DNA of 64,000 nucleotides. Origin: Candidatus Fimenecus sp. (GTDB taxonomy: Bacteria > Bacillota > Clostridia > Oscillospirales > Acutalibacteraceae). Shown in pieces: positions 20,091 through 30,761 of this stretch. Location: NCBI GenBank assembly GCA_045594645.1, contig JAZNYY010000043.1, forward strand, positions 3,562 through 67,561, in the 5' to 3' direction. Position numbers and translations under genes: made by a program. Below the pieces are notes generated by a model. It was given only the letters and a program-made list of their open reading frames with translations, searched no databases and was not told where the DNA came from. Within the stretch, counting starts at the first letter, position 1. Each line of letters starts with the position of its first letter.

Positions 20091-20653
20091 ATTGGTTGTG
20101 GTTGCTTATTATTTAAAACCGAATTTACTGTTTCGGGTATCAAATCAAAATTCGCTACGATTGAGTTTGGTTTATTAATGCAGTCATCTTGTGACATCGG
20201 TACAAAGTAAATATTTTTACTATTCATTAAAAGTCCTATGTTTTTTGCGGCGGCACCCAAGGCATCATTGGTAGAAACAGCGATAATTACGGGGCGGGCA
20301 TTGCGAAGATGTGCTTTTGCCGCAAGAGTTACCGAGGTATCGGTAATTCCGTTTGCCATTTTGCCGATTGTGTTGCCCGTACAAGGTGCAATTACAAGGA
20401 TATCGAGAAGCTTTTTAGGGCCTATGGGCTCTGCACCGCTGATTGTATATATTATTCTCTCTTTGCAGATATTCTCAATTTCATCTATAAACTCACGGCT
20501 TTTACCAAATCGGGTGTCCGTTGTGTATGCAGTATGTGACATAATAGGGATTACGCGGTATCCCTCATCTATAAGCTTTTTCATTTGTGGGATTGCTTTT
20601 TTAAAGGTACAAAATGAACCGCAAAGGGCAAATCCCACAGTTTCATTACTCAT
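20081..20653 (-). CDS. dpaB: Dipicolinate synthase subunit B (flavoprotein)
   Basis: 190 aa. The N-terminus GFALCGSFCTF is typical of SpoVFB, and the gene overlaps dpaA. Confidence 0.9.
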   Translation of the reverse strand: MSNETVGFALCGSFCTFKKAIPQMKKLIDEGYRVIPIMSHTAYTTDTRFGKSREFIDEIENICKERIIYTISGAEPIGPKKLLDILVIAPCTGNTIGKMANGITDTSVTLAAKAHLRNARPVIIAVSTNDALGAAAKNIGLLMNSKNIYFVPMSQDDCINKPNSIVANFDLIPETVNSVLNNKQPQPILL

Positions 20654-21503
20654 TACTATCCTCCCTTTGCAAAATTCTTTTTCCTATGATTTCTCCCGCA
20701 GTTTTGGGAGTATATTTTCCGGGTAAGCCAAAGGCTTTAATAACATCAATGCCGAATTTTCGAGCCTCGTCAAAGTCCACACCATAGGGTGCAGATGCAA
20801 GCTCAATAATCTTACCGTCCTTTCTCATTTTTGAAAGTGTATCCGTACCGATAATCTTTGCGGGAACAGTATTTATTATTATATCAAATCGGTCGGCACA
20901 CTCTGAAATCTGTGAAAGTGGCAAGGCTTCACATCCCTTGATTGACGCATCTTCTCTTTGCGACGGATTGCGTGCAAATACAGTAACACCACAAGAAAGT
21001 GAAGTAAGCACCGCGGCGGTTTCTCTTGCTACTCTGCCATAACCGGTTATCGCAAACTTACCCAATGGCAACGCAAAATCAATATGCTCAAGCAAAATTT
21101 TAAGTGTACCAAAGGCGGTAAGCACCGCGTTTTTCTCAATAAACTCGGTATCGTAATAATCCACAAAGGGTATTTCTGTTTCGCGAAGTCGTGAAAGTAA
21201 TTCGCCCTTGATTATACCGCCGAAAACAAGATTTTCTTTACCCAAGAATGAGATAAGCCTCTCAATTGAGGTTTCTTTTTTTGAAAAGGGCATATTTATG
21301 GTTTTGTCATTTCTTGTGGCGGGCAAAGGCAGAACAATTACCGAATTTGGCAAAATTGCAGATTTAAGCCTTTCGGTATCGTCATCCCAATCGAAAAGTC
21401 CGTAGGAATAAACCTCACCGCCCTGCGCCTCAAGATAACTTTTAAGATATTTTTGTCTTTTATCGCCACCGATAATTACTATATTTCTATTTTTCATATA
21501 CAC
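20646..21503 (-). CDS. dpaA: Dipicolinate synthase subunit A
   Basis: 285 aa with Rossmann folds (IIGGDKRQ and ITGYGRVARE). It lies directly upstream of dpaB. Confidence 0.85.
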   Translation of the reverse strand: MYMKNRNIVIIGGDKRQKYLKSYLEAQGGEVYSYGLFDWDDDTERLKSAILPNSVIVLPLPATRNDKTINMPFSKKETSIERLISFLGKENLVFGGIIKGELLSRLRETEIPFVDYYDTEFIEKNAVLTAFGTLKILLEHIDFALPLGKFAITGYGRVARETAAVLTSLSCGVTVFARNPSQREDASIKGCEALPLSQISECADRFDIIINTVPAKIIGTDTLSKMRKDGKIIELASAPYGVDFDEARKFGIDVIKAFGLPGKYTPKTAGEIIGKRILQREDSNE

Positions 21504-21623
21504 TTCACCTTACCCTTACAGTAATAGAATATGTTTTTTGTAAAAAATAGTGATTAGGGGTTTAAATTTTTATAAAAATGAAATATAATGAATGTAGAAT
21601 TTGTTTCCGAAAGGATTTTTAAT

Positions 21624-23009
21624 ATGAGTGAAATTACAAAAGTGCTCGAAACTGCAAAAAGAATACATTTTATAGGCATTGGCGGTAGCGGTATGTGTCC
21701 CCTTGCTGAAATTCTTCATAGTAGAGGTTACTCTTTGCAGGGCTCTGACAACAATGAAAGCTCAATCGTTGACAGAATTCGCAAAATGGGTATTCCCGTT
21801 ATGATGGGTCAGCGTGCAGAGAATATTAAGGGTGCGGATATGATTGTTTATTCCGCTGCCATTTCAAAGGAAAACCCCGAATTAAAAGCGGCATTAGAGA
21901 GTGGTATTCCCACATTTCAGCGTGCAGAGTTATTGGGCGAGATTTCTCGTCAGTTTGAAAACTGCATTGGTATTTGCGGAACTCACGGCAAGACAACCGT
22001 TACATCAATGACAGTTCAGACAATGCTGGGTGCAGGGCTTGACCCCTCGGCAGTAATCGGCGGTAAATTACCTCTTACCGACAGCTACGGCAGGGTTGGT
22101 GAAACTCAGAATGTTGTAATTGAGAGTTGCGAATATCAAGACACATTTTTGCACATAAGCCCCAATGTTGCGGTAATTTTAAATGTTGACGAGGACCATC
22201 TTGAATATTTCAAGACAATGGACAATCTTATTTTAAGCTTTCATAAATTCGCAAGCTCTGCAAAAAGTGCAGTAATTTACAATGGTGACGATGAAAACAC
22301 CCTCAAGGCAATAGACGGCATTGAGGGTAAGGATATGATTTCATTCGGTTTTGATAGCAAAAATGATTATTATGCTGAAAACATCTGCGAGCACAAGGGT
22401 GCATTCACACAGTTTGATATTATTCACAAGGGCAAAAAACTCGGCAGAGTAACACTTTCCGTTCCCGGAATTCATAATGTTCTCAACACTCTTGCAACAG
22501 TTGCAACGGCAATTTATTCGGGTGCAAAATTCCCCGATTGTGTTAAAGGAATTGAAGAATTTCGCGGTGCAGGTCGTCGTTTTGAGGATTTGGGCACATA
22601 TAACGGCATTACATTCGTTGACGATTACGCTCACCACCCCGCCGAGCTCAAGGTTACACTTGACGCGGCTATGAAAATGGGCTACAACACAGTTTGGGCA
22701 GTATTCCAGCCCTTTACCTATTCAAGAACTGCAATGCATTTTGACGAGTTTGTAGATGTGCTTAAAATCCCCGACCGTTGCGTTATGACCGAGATTATGG
22801 GCTCACGAGAAGTAAATACTTATGATATTTACACCTCACAGTTAGCAGAAAAAATCCCGAATTCAGTTTGGTTTAACACTCAACCTGAGGTTTGCGACTA
22901 TGTTCTCGCAAACGCAAAAGAGGGCGATTTGGTGCTGACAATGGGTTGCGGTGACATTTACAAATCTGCATTTATGATGATTGAGAGACTTAAAAATGAT
23001 ACAGTTTAA
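21624..23009 (+). CDS. murC: UDP-N-acetylmuramate--L-alanine ligase
   Basis: The motifs [24 protein letters not shown] and DDYAHHP are present. Confidence 0.95.
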   Translation: MSEITKVLETAKRIHFIGIGGSGMCPLAEILHSRGYSLQGSDNNESSIVDRIRKMGIPVMMGQRAENIKGADMIVYSAAISKENPELKAALESGIPTFQRAELLGEISRQFENCIGICGTHGKTTVTSMTVQTMLGAGLDPSAVIGGKLPLTDSYGRVGETQNVVIESCEYQDTFLHISPNVAVILNVDEDHLEYFKTMDNLILSFHKFASSAKSAVIYNGDDENTLKAIDGIEGKDMISFGFDSKNDYYAENICEHKGAFTQFDIIHKGKKLGRVTLSVPGIHNVLNTLATVATAIYSGAKFPDCVKGIEEFRGAGRRFEDLGTYNGITFVDDYAHHPAELKVTLDAAMKMGYNTVWAVFQPFTYSRTAMHFDEFVDVLKIPDRCVMTEIMGSREVNTYDIYTSQLAEKIPNSVWFNTQPEVCDYVLANAKEGDLVLTMGCGDIYKSAFMMIERLKNDTV

Positions 23010-23664
23010 TAATTCTTGGGATATTCTCTTAAAAGACGAATTTGAGAAGCCCTATTATCTCAATTTGAGAAAATTTCTTGCACAAGAATACAAAACGCAG
23101 ACTATATACCCTCATATGAACGATATTTTCAATGCGTTAAAATATACGGATTATCAAAATGTTAAGGTTGTAATCTTGGGGCAGGACCCTTATCATCAGC
23201 CCAATCAGGCACACGGGCTTTGCTTTTCGGTGAAAAAAGGAGTTAATCCCCCACCCTCGCTACAGAATATGTATAAGGAAATTCACGCGGAATACGGCTA
23301 TCCCATACCCGACCACGGTGAGCTTACATATTGGGCAGAGCAAGGTGTTTTAATGCTCAACACGGTACTAACCGTTCGTGAAAGTCAGCCAAACAGCCAC
23401 AAGGGAATGGGTTGGGAAATCTTCACTGACGACATAATTAGTCTTTTAAATCAACGCCCCGAGCCAATGGTGTTTTTACTTTGGGGTGCAAACGCAAGGG
23501 CAAAGACAAAGCTTATTACAAACCCTGCGCATTTGGTGCTCACATCGGCACACCCAAGCCCACTTTCAGCATATAACGGATTTTTCGGCAATAATCACTT
23601 CAAAAAAGCCAATGAATTTTTAAAATCAAACGGAATGACAGAAATTGATTGGCAAATAAGATAA
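22996..23664 (+). CDS. ung: Uracil-DNA glycosylase
   Basis: The motifs GQDPYH, LLLNTVLTV-like and HPSPLS are present. The start at MIQFNNSW overlaps the end of murC. Confidence 0.95.
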   Translation: MIQFNNSWDILLKDEFEKPYYLNLRKFLAQEYKTQTIYPHMNDIFNALKYTDYQNVKVVILGQDPYHQPNQAHGLCFSVKKGVNPPPSLQNMYKEIHAEYGYPIPDHGELTYWAEQGVLMLNTVLTVRESQPNSHKGMGWEIFTDDIISLLNQRPEPMVFLLWGANARAKTKLITNPAHLVLTSAHPSPLSAYNGFFGNNHFKKANEFLKSNGMTEIDWQIR

Positions 23665-23700
23665 AAAATTAACGGCGAGAAAAATTCTCGCCGTTTTTAT
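23665..23700. terminator. Bidirectional terminator (ung / MFS convergent)
   Basis: acggcgaga-aaaat-tctcgccgt followed by TTTTT, with an A-run upstream. Confidence 0.75.
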
Positions 23701-23708
23701 GTTGTTTT

Positions 23709-25064
23709 TTACTGTGCATTCTTCTTTTCTTTTTTTAAGAGTGCAATCATAGGAATAAACACAAAGAGCGCTACAACGGCTGCGTAAAGGAAGATAGCCT
23801 TTGTAGGAAGCACATCTTCGGCGCCTGTAGTATTCTTTGTTGCAATATTACCGAGTGTAGGACCAACTACCATTGGAATGAGAACCGCAAACACCATTCT
23901 TATACCTTGGAATAAGCCAACCTTGTCTTGCGGTGTGTAGTCGCGTGTTGAAGCACCAAGCTGAATTGTAAGAACAAGATATCCGATAAGTACAGGTGCA
24001 ATGCCAATAATAATTGCCATAATATGCGTTGATGTTGAAAGTATGAAAAGTCCTGCAACAAGAAGTGCCGAGCTTGTTAAGAAAGCAACGGGCTTACTCT
24101 TTTCAGCAACCTTCATAAGAATTACAATACCTGCAATAATTGTTGCAACTGAAATAACTGCGGGGATGATAATTCCTGCTGAAAGGAAGTTTACATCTGC
24201 ATTGGCAGGAAGTATAACTGAGCCAAGATAAATAAACAAATATGGGAAGAACACTTGGAACGCGCAATTGAAAATGCAAAGAGCAGAAAGAACTAAATAA
24301 AGTCCGCTATTCTTTTTAATAACACTTGGACGGAAGCCATAGAAAAGGTCTGCCCAGTAGCTTGTTTTTTCAGCTTTTGGCTCTGCGTTTTTGAACTTGT
24401 CGGGATTATCAATAAGGAACACACCTGCAACACCGACAATGGCAACAACCGCACCCATACCAATAAAGAACACACTATATGGAATTGTACCGCTTTGTGC
24501 CAATGAGCCAACAACCATAATTACACCCATTGCAATAAAGCCCATAAATGTAAACGCAGTTTCAACTTTTGGACGGGATTCGGGAGTTGTAACATCAGTT
24601 ACCCAAGCATTAAACGCAGAGTCGTTACTTGTTGAGCCCATAAATGTCATAACCATGTCCATAATTACTACAATCCAAGCGGTTACAGTAACAATTTGTG
24701 CACTATCAGTAAGGTTAAATATATTTGCAACATTCTCTTTTGTGATAAAGCCAAAAAGTGCTGTTACAATACCCCAAGCGATATAACCGAAAGATATAAA
24801 CGCTTTTCGGTTTTTCATTTTTTCACTGAGAGTACCCATAATAAATGTGGTCACAACCGCAGTGATTGCAGAAAGCGTAACCATAATATTTACGGCATCA
24901 GTAAGTGTGAGTGATGCTCCAAAAGCACCTTCATTATAAACACAGTCGTTCAAGAATGTGTTAAAATACATATTCTCGACATTCCACGCAAGTGAACCCA
25001 TAAACATAAAGAGAAGTATGCCGGTCCACACGCGTTTAGAAAGCTTTCCGTTATTATTACTCAT
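23709..25064 (-). CDS. MFS-type sugar transporter (probable oligosaccharide/glycoside importer)
   Basis: 451 aa with about 12 TM helices. The GH13 stop lies 13 nt upstream of its start, so the two genes probably form an operon. Confidence 0.65.
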   Translation of the reverse strand: MSNNNGKLSKRVWTGILLFMFMGSLAWNVENMYFNTFLNDCVYNEGAFGASLTLTDAVNIMVTLSAITAVVTTFIMGTLSEKMKNRKAFISFGYIAWGIVTALFGFITKENVANIFNLTDSAQIVTVTAWIVVIMDMVMTFMGSTSNDSAFNAWVTDVTTPESRPKVETAFTFMGFIAMGVIMVVGSLAQSGTIPYSVFFIGMGAVVAIVGVAGVFLIDNPDKFKNAEPKAEKTSYWADLFYGFRPSVIKKNSGLYLVLSALCIFNCAFQVFFPYLFIYLGSVILPANADVNFLSAGIIIPAVISVATIIAGIVILMKVAEKSKPVAFLTSSALLVAGLFILSTSTHIMAIIIGIAPVLIGYLVLTIQLGASTRDYTPQDKVGLFQGIRMVFAVLIPMVVGPTLGNIATKNTTGAEDVLPTKAIFLYAAVVALFVFIPMIALLKKEKKNAQ

Positions 25065-25076
25065 TTATCATACCTC

Positions 25077-26750
25077 TTATTTAAAGTAGTAAACCCTGCA
25101 CTCGTAAGGTCTTGTTACGAATGAGTTGTCAGTTACAGGGTTGAGACGGTAATTGTTGAGCACAAGCTCGCCGTCTGCAAGGTTAAAGCCCTCAGGAGCC
25201 TTGAACTGAACACATTTTTCTGTGAATGAGCAAACAACCAAAAGTCTTTCGCCGTCAAGATTTCTCTCGTAAACAAAGAGTTTATCGCTATTCTCATAAT
25301 ACTGTTTGAAATCACCATAGATTGCAACTTCGTGTTCCTTACGGAATTTAAGAAGCTTACGGTAGTAGTTGAGAATTGAGTTTTCATCAGCCTCAGCAGC
25401 GGCAACATTGATTTCTGTGTAGTTGGGGTTGAGGTTAAACCAAGGCTTTGCAGTTGAGAAGCCTGCATATTCGCTGTCATCCCATTGAACAGGAGTTCTT
25501 GAGTTTTCACGAGAGCCCGCATTAGCCATTTTAACAAATTTATCGCCCTTAATACCAAGCTTGTTGAACATAATCTGGTTATTAAAGGTAATCATATCCT
25601 TGAATTCATCAACAGAATGAAGCTCGATATTTGTCATACCGATTTCCTGTCCCTGATAAATAAACGGAGTACCTTTTTGTAAATAACACATTGTTGCAAG
25701 CATTTTACCACTTTCAACTCTGTATTTAAGTGAGCCGTAACGGTCGATAATTCTTGGATGGTCGTGATTTTCAAGATAAAGTGTGTGCCAACCTTTACCG
25801 TTCATAGCATCATACCATTTCTGATAGCACTTCTTCATCTTTTTAAGGCTGAAAGGAGTTTTAATCCAGTCAGTCATAAAGCAGTCTGCTTCAAGGTGGT
25901 CAAAGCTGAACATTGTTTTAAGAACCTGAGTTTCGTCTTCTGTAACAAATCTGAGAACTTTTTCAGGTGTTATAAGCGGACCTTCGCCGACAGTAAAGCA
26001 ATCATACTTTGAAAGCACATCATCGTGGAATTCTTTAAGATATTCATAGAGATGAGGACCGCAGTTGTAATGCTCCATACCGCAAGCAACGGGAATCGGC
26101 ACGCCGTTGGGAAGTCCCTCTTTTTTTGAAATGTATGTAATAACATCTTCGCGGAAGCCGTCAACGCCCATATCGAGCCAGAATTTCATAATATTCTTAA
26201 CTTCTTCACGAACTTTAGGGTTATCCATATTCAAATCGGGCTGACCCTTTGTGAATACATGGAGATAATACTCGTCAACGGACTCAACATACTCCCAAGC
26301 ACCGCCTTCAAATGTTGAAAGCCAGTTGTTAGGTGGTTTTTTACCATTTTTACCTTTACCTTTCCTCCAGATATAATAATCGTGGTAAGGATTGTCAACA
26401 CTCTTGCAAGCCTCTTTAAACCATTTGTGCTCAGTTGAAGTATGATTTACAACCAAATCCATAAACACTTTCATTCCACGCTCATGAGCACCTGCGAGCA
26501 CCTTTTTAAAGGTTTCCATATCGCCGTACTCAGGATTAATGTCCATATAATCGGCAATATCATAACCATAGTCAGCATTTGGTGATGGGAAAAGTGGTGA
26601 GAACCAGATTGCATCTACACCGATGGACTTAACATAGTCAAGCTTTGAGTAAATACCCTCAAGGTCGCCTATACCGTCACCATTTGAGTCTTTAAAGCTT
26701 CTTGGCCAAATCTGATAAACAGCCATTTCCTTATACCAAGTTTTGTTCAT
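25077..26750 (-). CDS. GH13 alpha-glucosidase / oligo-1,6-glucosidase
   Basis: The motifs are WYKEMAVYQIWPRSFKDSNGDGIGD, DLVVNHTS, GVDGFREDV, the acid/base region VGEG, and LENHDHPR. ATG 26750 is preferred over 26819. Confidence 0.9.
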   Translation of the reverse strand: MNKTWYKEMAVYQIWPRSFKDSNGDGIGDLEGIYSKLDYVKSIGVDAIWFSPLFPSPNADYGYDIADYMDINPEYGDMETFKKVLAGAHERGMKVFMDLVVNHTSTEHKWFKEACKSVDNPYHDYYIWRKGKGKNGKKPPNNWLSTFEGGAWEYVESVDEYYLHVFTKGQPDLNMDNPKVREEVKNIMKFWLDMGVDGFREDVITYISKKEGLPNGVPIPVACGMEHYNCGPHLYEYLKEFHDDVLSKYDCFTVGEGPLITPEKVLRFVTEDETQVLKTMFSFDHLEADCFMTDWIKTPFSLKKMKKCYQKWYDAMNGKGWHTLYLENHDHPRIIDRYGSLKYRVESGKMLATMCYLQKGTPFIYQGQEIGMTNIELHSVDEFKDMITFNNQIMFNKLGIKGDKFVKMANAGSRENSRTPVQWDDSEYAGFSTAKPWFNLNPNYTEINVAAAEADENSILNYYRKLLKFRKEHEVAIYGDFKQYYENSDKLFVYERNLDGERLLVVCSFTEKCVQFKAPEGFNLADGELVLNNYRLNPVTDNSFVTRPYECRVYYFK

Positions 26751-26840
26751 AAATAACACCCCTATTGTTATTAAGATTATATACAAAATAAGTATATCAC
26801 ATATTAAATTCAAAAACAATTAAAATATAATAAAAACCAT

Positions 26841-26870
26841 AAAAAATCGGCGGAGTACAAGACTCCGCCG
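26841..26870 (-). terminator. Intrinsic terminator after eda
   Basis: The minus strand reads cggcggagtc-ttgt-actccgccg followed by ATTTTTT. Confidence 0.7.
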
Positions 26871-26918
26871 AACAGTAAACAAATATGAAAATTATAAATA
26901 GATTTTTTTGCAAGACAA

Positions 26919-27575
26919 TTATTTGCCGGCAAGTTCTGCACGGGCAAGTTTGATGTTTTCTACAAATCTCTTACCTGTTTCAGTAATCTTCTTGTAGTCG
27001 CCTGTCTTTGCGCCTGCTGTAAGTGATGAGCCTGCACCAACTGCAACAGCACCTGCTTTAATCCATTCACCAACATTGTCAGCATCAACGCCACCTGTGG
27101 GCATCATCTTTGCATATGGAATAGGTCCTTTGATGTCTTTAATAATCTTAGGTCCGAAAAGGTCTGCGGGGAATACTTTAAGGATATCTGCGCCGTTTTC
27201 CATAGCGAGAAGGCCTTCGCGAACTGTCATAATACCGGGCATCATTGGAACTCTGTAACGGTTGCAAAGCTTGAGAGTTTCAAGGTCAAGCGCGGGGCTT
27301 ACGATATACTCTGCACCTGAAAGCATAGCAATTCTTGCAGTTGCAGCATCAAGAACTGTACCTGCACCGAGAATGATTTCTTCGGGAGTGTATCTCTTTG
27401 CAAGCTCTTCAATAACCTTGTCAGCGTGAGGAACTGTGAATGTAAGCTCGATAGCGGCAACGCCACCCTCGATACAAGCATCAGTAATTCTGATAGCCTG
27501 GTCAACTGTTTCTGCACGAACAACGGCTACAATACCGCAGTCTTGAATTCGGGTAATAATTTTTTCTTTATCCAT
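26919..27575 (-). CDS. eda: 2-dehydro-3-deoxyphosphogluconate (KDPG) aldolase
   Basis: 218 aa. The segments GVAAIELTF, GAGTVLD and the Schiff-base Lys context ILKVFPA are present. Confidence 0.9.
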   Translation of the reverse strand: MDKEKIITRIQDCGIVAVVRAETVDQAIRITDACIEGGVAAIELTFTVPHADKVIEELAKRYTPEEIILGAGTVLDAATARIAMLSGAEYIVSPALDLETLKLCNRYRVPMMPGIMTVREGLLAMENGADILKVFPADLFGPKIIKDIKGPIPYAKMMPTGGVDADNVGEWIKAGAVAVGAGSSLTAGAKTGDYKKITETGKRFVENIKLARAELAGK

Positions 27576-27605
27576 AATTACATCTCCAATAGGAAAATAT
27601 TTTTA

Positions 27606-27758
27606 TTTTACGGGCGATTCGTGAATCGCCCCTACATAATTTTATTTCTTTATGGGAGATAGATTTATTTTTTCGCAAGACAATGTGGCGGAGGCGAAGC
27701 TGTATCAGGTATACCGCGAGCCGAAAGCCACGAAGTATTGCGGGAAAAAAACTATCTC
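27606..27758. repeat. Intra-operon repeat block: REP-like GC hairpin (27606-27640) plus ~100-nt long imperfect hairpin (27656-27758)
   Basis: The REP-like unit is gggcgattcgtgaatcgcccctaca. In the long hairpin, gagatag..ttttttcgcaa..gtggc pairs with gccac..ttgcgggaaaaaa..ctatctc. The 75-aa ORF at 27568-27795 is an artefact. Confidence 0.6.
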
Positions 27759-28849
27759 TGCACTCTGGCACCTGAGCCCTTAACGATATTTTCAACCTCT
27801 TTAAGTGATGCCATTGATGTATCGCCGGGAGTTGTCATTGCAAGTGCACCATGAGCAACACCGTAGTTAACTGCAGTCTGTGCGTCCTCTGTAGTCATAA
27901 GACCATAGATAAGACCTGATGCGAATGAGTCGCCACCGCCTACGCGGTCAAGAATTTCAAGACCGGGAAGCTCAAGGCCCTTATGAACCTTGCCGTCTGC
28001 ATAGCAGATTGCTGACCAATCGTTAACTGTTGCAGTTTTAACTGTGCGAAGAGTTGTTGCAATAACCTTGAAGTTGGGATAAACCTTAACAACCTCTTCG
28101 AGCATCTTATAATAGCCCTCAATGTTGAGCTCTTTAAGATTTTCGTCGTTACCCTCAATTTCAAAGCCAAGACAAGCTGTGAAATCTTCTTCGTTACCAA
28201 TCATAACATCGATATACTTTGCGATTTCTTTGTTAACTTCCTGTGCCTTTGCCTTGCCGCCAATGTCATTCCAAAGAGATGGACGGTAGTTGAGGTCATA
28301 TGACACGATTGTGCCGTATTTTTTAGCCGCTTTAACTGCTTCAATTGCTACCTCTGCAGTTGTTTCTGAAAGAGCAGCAAAAATACCGCCTGTATGTAAC
28401 CAACGAACGCCGAGAGTACCGAAAATATAGTCCCAATCAATGTCGCCGGGTTTAAGCTGTGCAACAGCAGTGTTACCACGGTCAGAAACACCAACTGCGC
28501 CACGGATACCGTATCCGCGCTCTGTGAAGTTCAAGCCGTTACGAACTGTTCTGCCGATACCGTCATATTTTGCCCATTTGATGAGTGATGTATCAACGCC
28601 ACCCTGCATAATGAAGTCTTCAAGAAGTCTGCCTACCTCGTTATCTGCAAAAGCAGTAACTACTGCGGTTTTCATACCGAAGCAACGGCGAAGTCCGCGG
28701 GCAACATTATATTCGCCGCCACCTTCCCATGCTCTGAATGAGCGGGCAGTTTTAATTCTGCCCTCACCCGGGTCAAGGCGAAGCATAATCTCGCCCAATG
28801 AAATCATATCAAATGTACAATCTTCTTTTTTTCTGAGATTTAAATTCAT
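27752..28849 (-). CDS. kdgK: 2-dehydro-3-deoxygluconokinase (PfkB family)
   Basis: 365 aa with the PfkB C-terminal motif DRVGGGDSFASGLIYG. The gene sits between uxuB and eda. Confidence 0.8.
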   Translation of the reverse strand: MNLNLRKKEDCTFDMISLGEIMLRLDPGEGRIKTARSFRAWEGGGEYNVARGLRRCFGMKTAVVTAFADNEVGRLLEDFIMQGGVDTSLIKWAKYDGIGRTVRNGLNFTERGYGIRGAVGVSDRGNTAVAQLKPGDIDWDYIFGTLGVRWLHTGGIFAALSETTAEVAIEAVKAAKKYGTIVSYDLNYRPSLWNDIGGKAKAQEVNKEIAKYIDVMIGNEEDFTACLGFEIEGNDENLKELNIEGYYKMLEEVVKVYPNFKVIATTLRTVKTATVNDWSAICYADGKVHKGLELPGLEILDRVGGGDSFASGLIYGLMTTEDAQTAVNYGVAHGALAMTTPGDTSMASLKEVENIVKGSGARVQR

Positions 28850-28864
28850 ATTTTTATCCTCCGA

Positions 28865-29713
28865 TTAGACACCGCTGTAAGCTGAAAAGCCACCGTCAAC
28901 GCAAATGCTAGTTCCGGTTATGAAGCTTGAATATGCTTCGTCGCAAAGGAAGAGAAGTGCACCTGTGAGCTCTGCTGACTCACCGAAACGCTTCATAGGA
29001 GTTGCGTTGAGAATTTTATTTGTTCTTGCAGTTGGCGTGCCGTCTTCATTCCAAAGAAGTGCTTTATTCTGATTTGTTGAGAAGAAGCCGGGTGCGATTG
29101 CGTTTACGCGGATACCAACATCTGCAAAGTGAACTGCCATAAACTCTGTAAAGTTCTTAACCGCTGCCTTTGCCGCTGAATATGCGGGAATTTTTGTAAG
29201 AGGACGGTATGCATTCATTGATGTAACATTGATAATGCAGGTATTCTCTTTTTCAGCCATATCGCGTGCAAAAACCTGTGTGGGAATAAGTGTGCCAAGG
29301 AAGTTAAGATTGAATACGAATGAAATTCCGTTTGCATCAAGGTCAAAGAATGTCTTGATGTTTTCGTCTTTTTCAATAAGGTCAATCTTTTCAAGAGTTT
29401 CTTTTGTTGTTGTGCCCTTGGGGTTATTTCCGCCTGCGCCGTTGAGAAGAATATCGCAAGTACCGAGCTTTTCAGCAATAATATTGCGAGCATTTTCCAT
29501 ACTCTCTTTTTCAAGAACATTACAACCAACTGCGATAGCAACACCGCCGTCAGCGTTGATTTCATCAGCAACCTTTTGTGCTGCTGCTTCGTTAAGGTCA
29601 AGAATTGCAACCTTAACACCCTGCTTAGCAAGTGACTTTGCGAAATCTGCGCAGAGAACTCCGCCGCCACCTGTTACAACAGCTACTCTGCCCTTTAAGT
29701 TTTCGTGTACCAT
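28865..29713 (-). CDS. uxuB: SDR-family oxidoreductase, probable D-mannonate oxidoreductase
   Basis: The SDR motifs TGGGGVLC (TGxxxGxG) and YSAAKAAV (YxxxK) are present. The start lies 1 nt after the uxuA stop. The functional assignment comes from gene context. Confidence 0.7.
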   Translation of the reverse strand: MVHENLKGRVAVVTGGGGVLCADFAKSLAKQGVKVAILDLNEAAAQKVADEINADGGVAIAVGCNVLEKESMENARNIIAEKLGTCDILLNGAGGNNPKGTTTKETLEKIDLIEKDENIKTFFDLDANGISFVFNLNFLGTLIPTQVFARDMAEKENTCIINVTSMNAYRPLTKIPAYSAAKAAVKNFTEFMAVHFADVGIRVNAIAPGFFSTNQNKALLWNEDGTPTARTNKILNATPMKRFGESAELTGALLFLCDEAYSSFITGTSICVDGGFSAYSGV

Positions 29714-29714
29714 A

Positions 29715-30761
29715 TTATTTGTTTCCTTTCTCAACTGCTTCAAACAAGCCGTTTATATATGTTGCACCAAGTGCTCTGTCGTAAAGACCGTAACCGGGTT
29801 TTCCTGTTTCGCCCCAAATCATTCTGCCGTGGTCAGGACGAACATATCCGTCAAAGCCTGTATCCACAAGCGCCTTAACAACCTCATACATATCAAGACT
29901 ACCGCAATTTGAAATATGGCCGCTTTCTTCAAAGCTTCCGTCTTCCATAATCAAAATATTTCTGATATGCATAAATGCAATTCGATTCATTGCACTGTAT
30001 TTTCTAATCATTTTTACCACATCATTTGATTTTGCACAACCTAATGAGCCGGTACAAAGGCAAAGACAATTTGCCTCACTATCAACAAGCTTTAACATTC
30101 TGTCAATGTTTTCTTCGCAAGTGATAATTCTCGGAATACCAAAAATCGGATATGGCGGGTCGTCAGGATGAATTGCCATTTTAACGCCACACTCTTCAGC
30201 CACAGGAATAACTTTTTTAAGGAATTTTTCAAGATTTTTCCAAAGTCCCTCTTCACCGAGTTCACCGTAAGCTGAAATTAATTCTCTGACTTCTTCTTGG
30301 CTATAGCTTGAATCCCAACCCGGAAGATGAATATCATCCTTAAGCGGGTCAAGGCCCTTCATCTGTTCCCAATACATAACAAGACTTGTTGAGCCATCCT
30401 CTGCCTCTTTATCGAGCTGTGTACGAGTCCAGTCAAAAACAGGCATAAAGTTATATGTTACGCATTTAATACCGTATTTTGCGCAACGACGAATATTTTC
30501 ACAATAAACCTCTAAAAGCTCATCAACATTATCTCTGCCAAGCTTAATGTTTTCGTGCACGGGAATTGATTCAACAACATCAAAAATAAGACCATTGTCT
30601 TCGCATTGTTTTACCATTTTCTCAATTGACGCCTCCGGCCAAACCTCACCCGGTTTTACATCATAAACAGCGCTAACAATGCTTTTCATATTTGGAATCT
30701 GACGAATATATTGCAATGATATCGGGTCGCTTTCGCCATACCAACGGAATGACATTTTCAT
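29715..30761 (-). CDS. uxuA: Mannonate dehydratase
   Basis: 348 aa. The N-terminus MKMSFRWYGESDPISLQYIRQIP is the UxuA hallmark. Confidence 0.9.
   Translation of the reverse strand: MKMSFRWYGESDPISLQYIRQIPNMKSIVSAVYDVKPGEVWPEASIEKMVKQCEDNGLIFDVVESIPVHENIKLGRDNVDELLEVYCENIRRCAKYGIKCVTYNFMPVFDWTRTQLDKEAEDGSTSLVMYWEQMKGLDPLKDDIHLPGWDSSYSQEEVRELISAYGELGEEGLWKNLEKFLKKVIPVAEECGVKMAIHPDDPPYPIFGIPRIITCEENIDRMLKLVDSEANCLCLCTGSLGCAKSNDVVKMIRKYSAMNRIAFMHIRNILIMEDGSFEESGHISNCGSLDMYEVVKALVDTGFDGYVRPDHGRMIWGETGKPGYGLYDRALGATYINGLFEAVEKGNK

Noticed and set aside
27568-27795. 75-aa ORF overlapping the eda start, the intergenic repeats and the kdgK end.
   Set aside because: It spans REP-like and long-hairpin repeats and overlaps two well-supported genes, so it is not credible as a gene.
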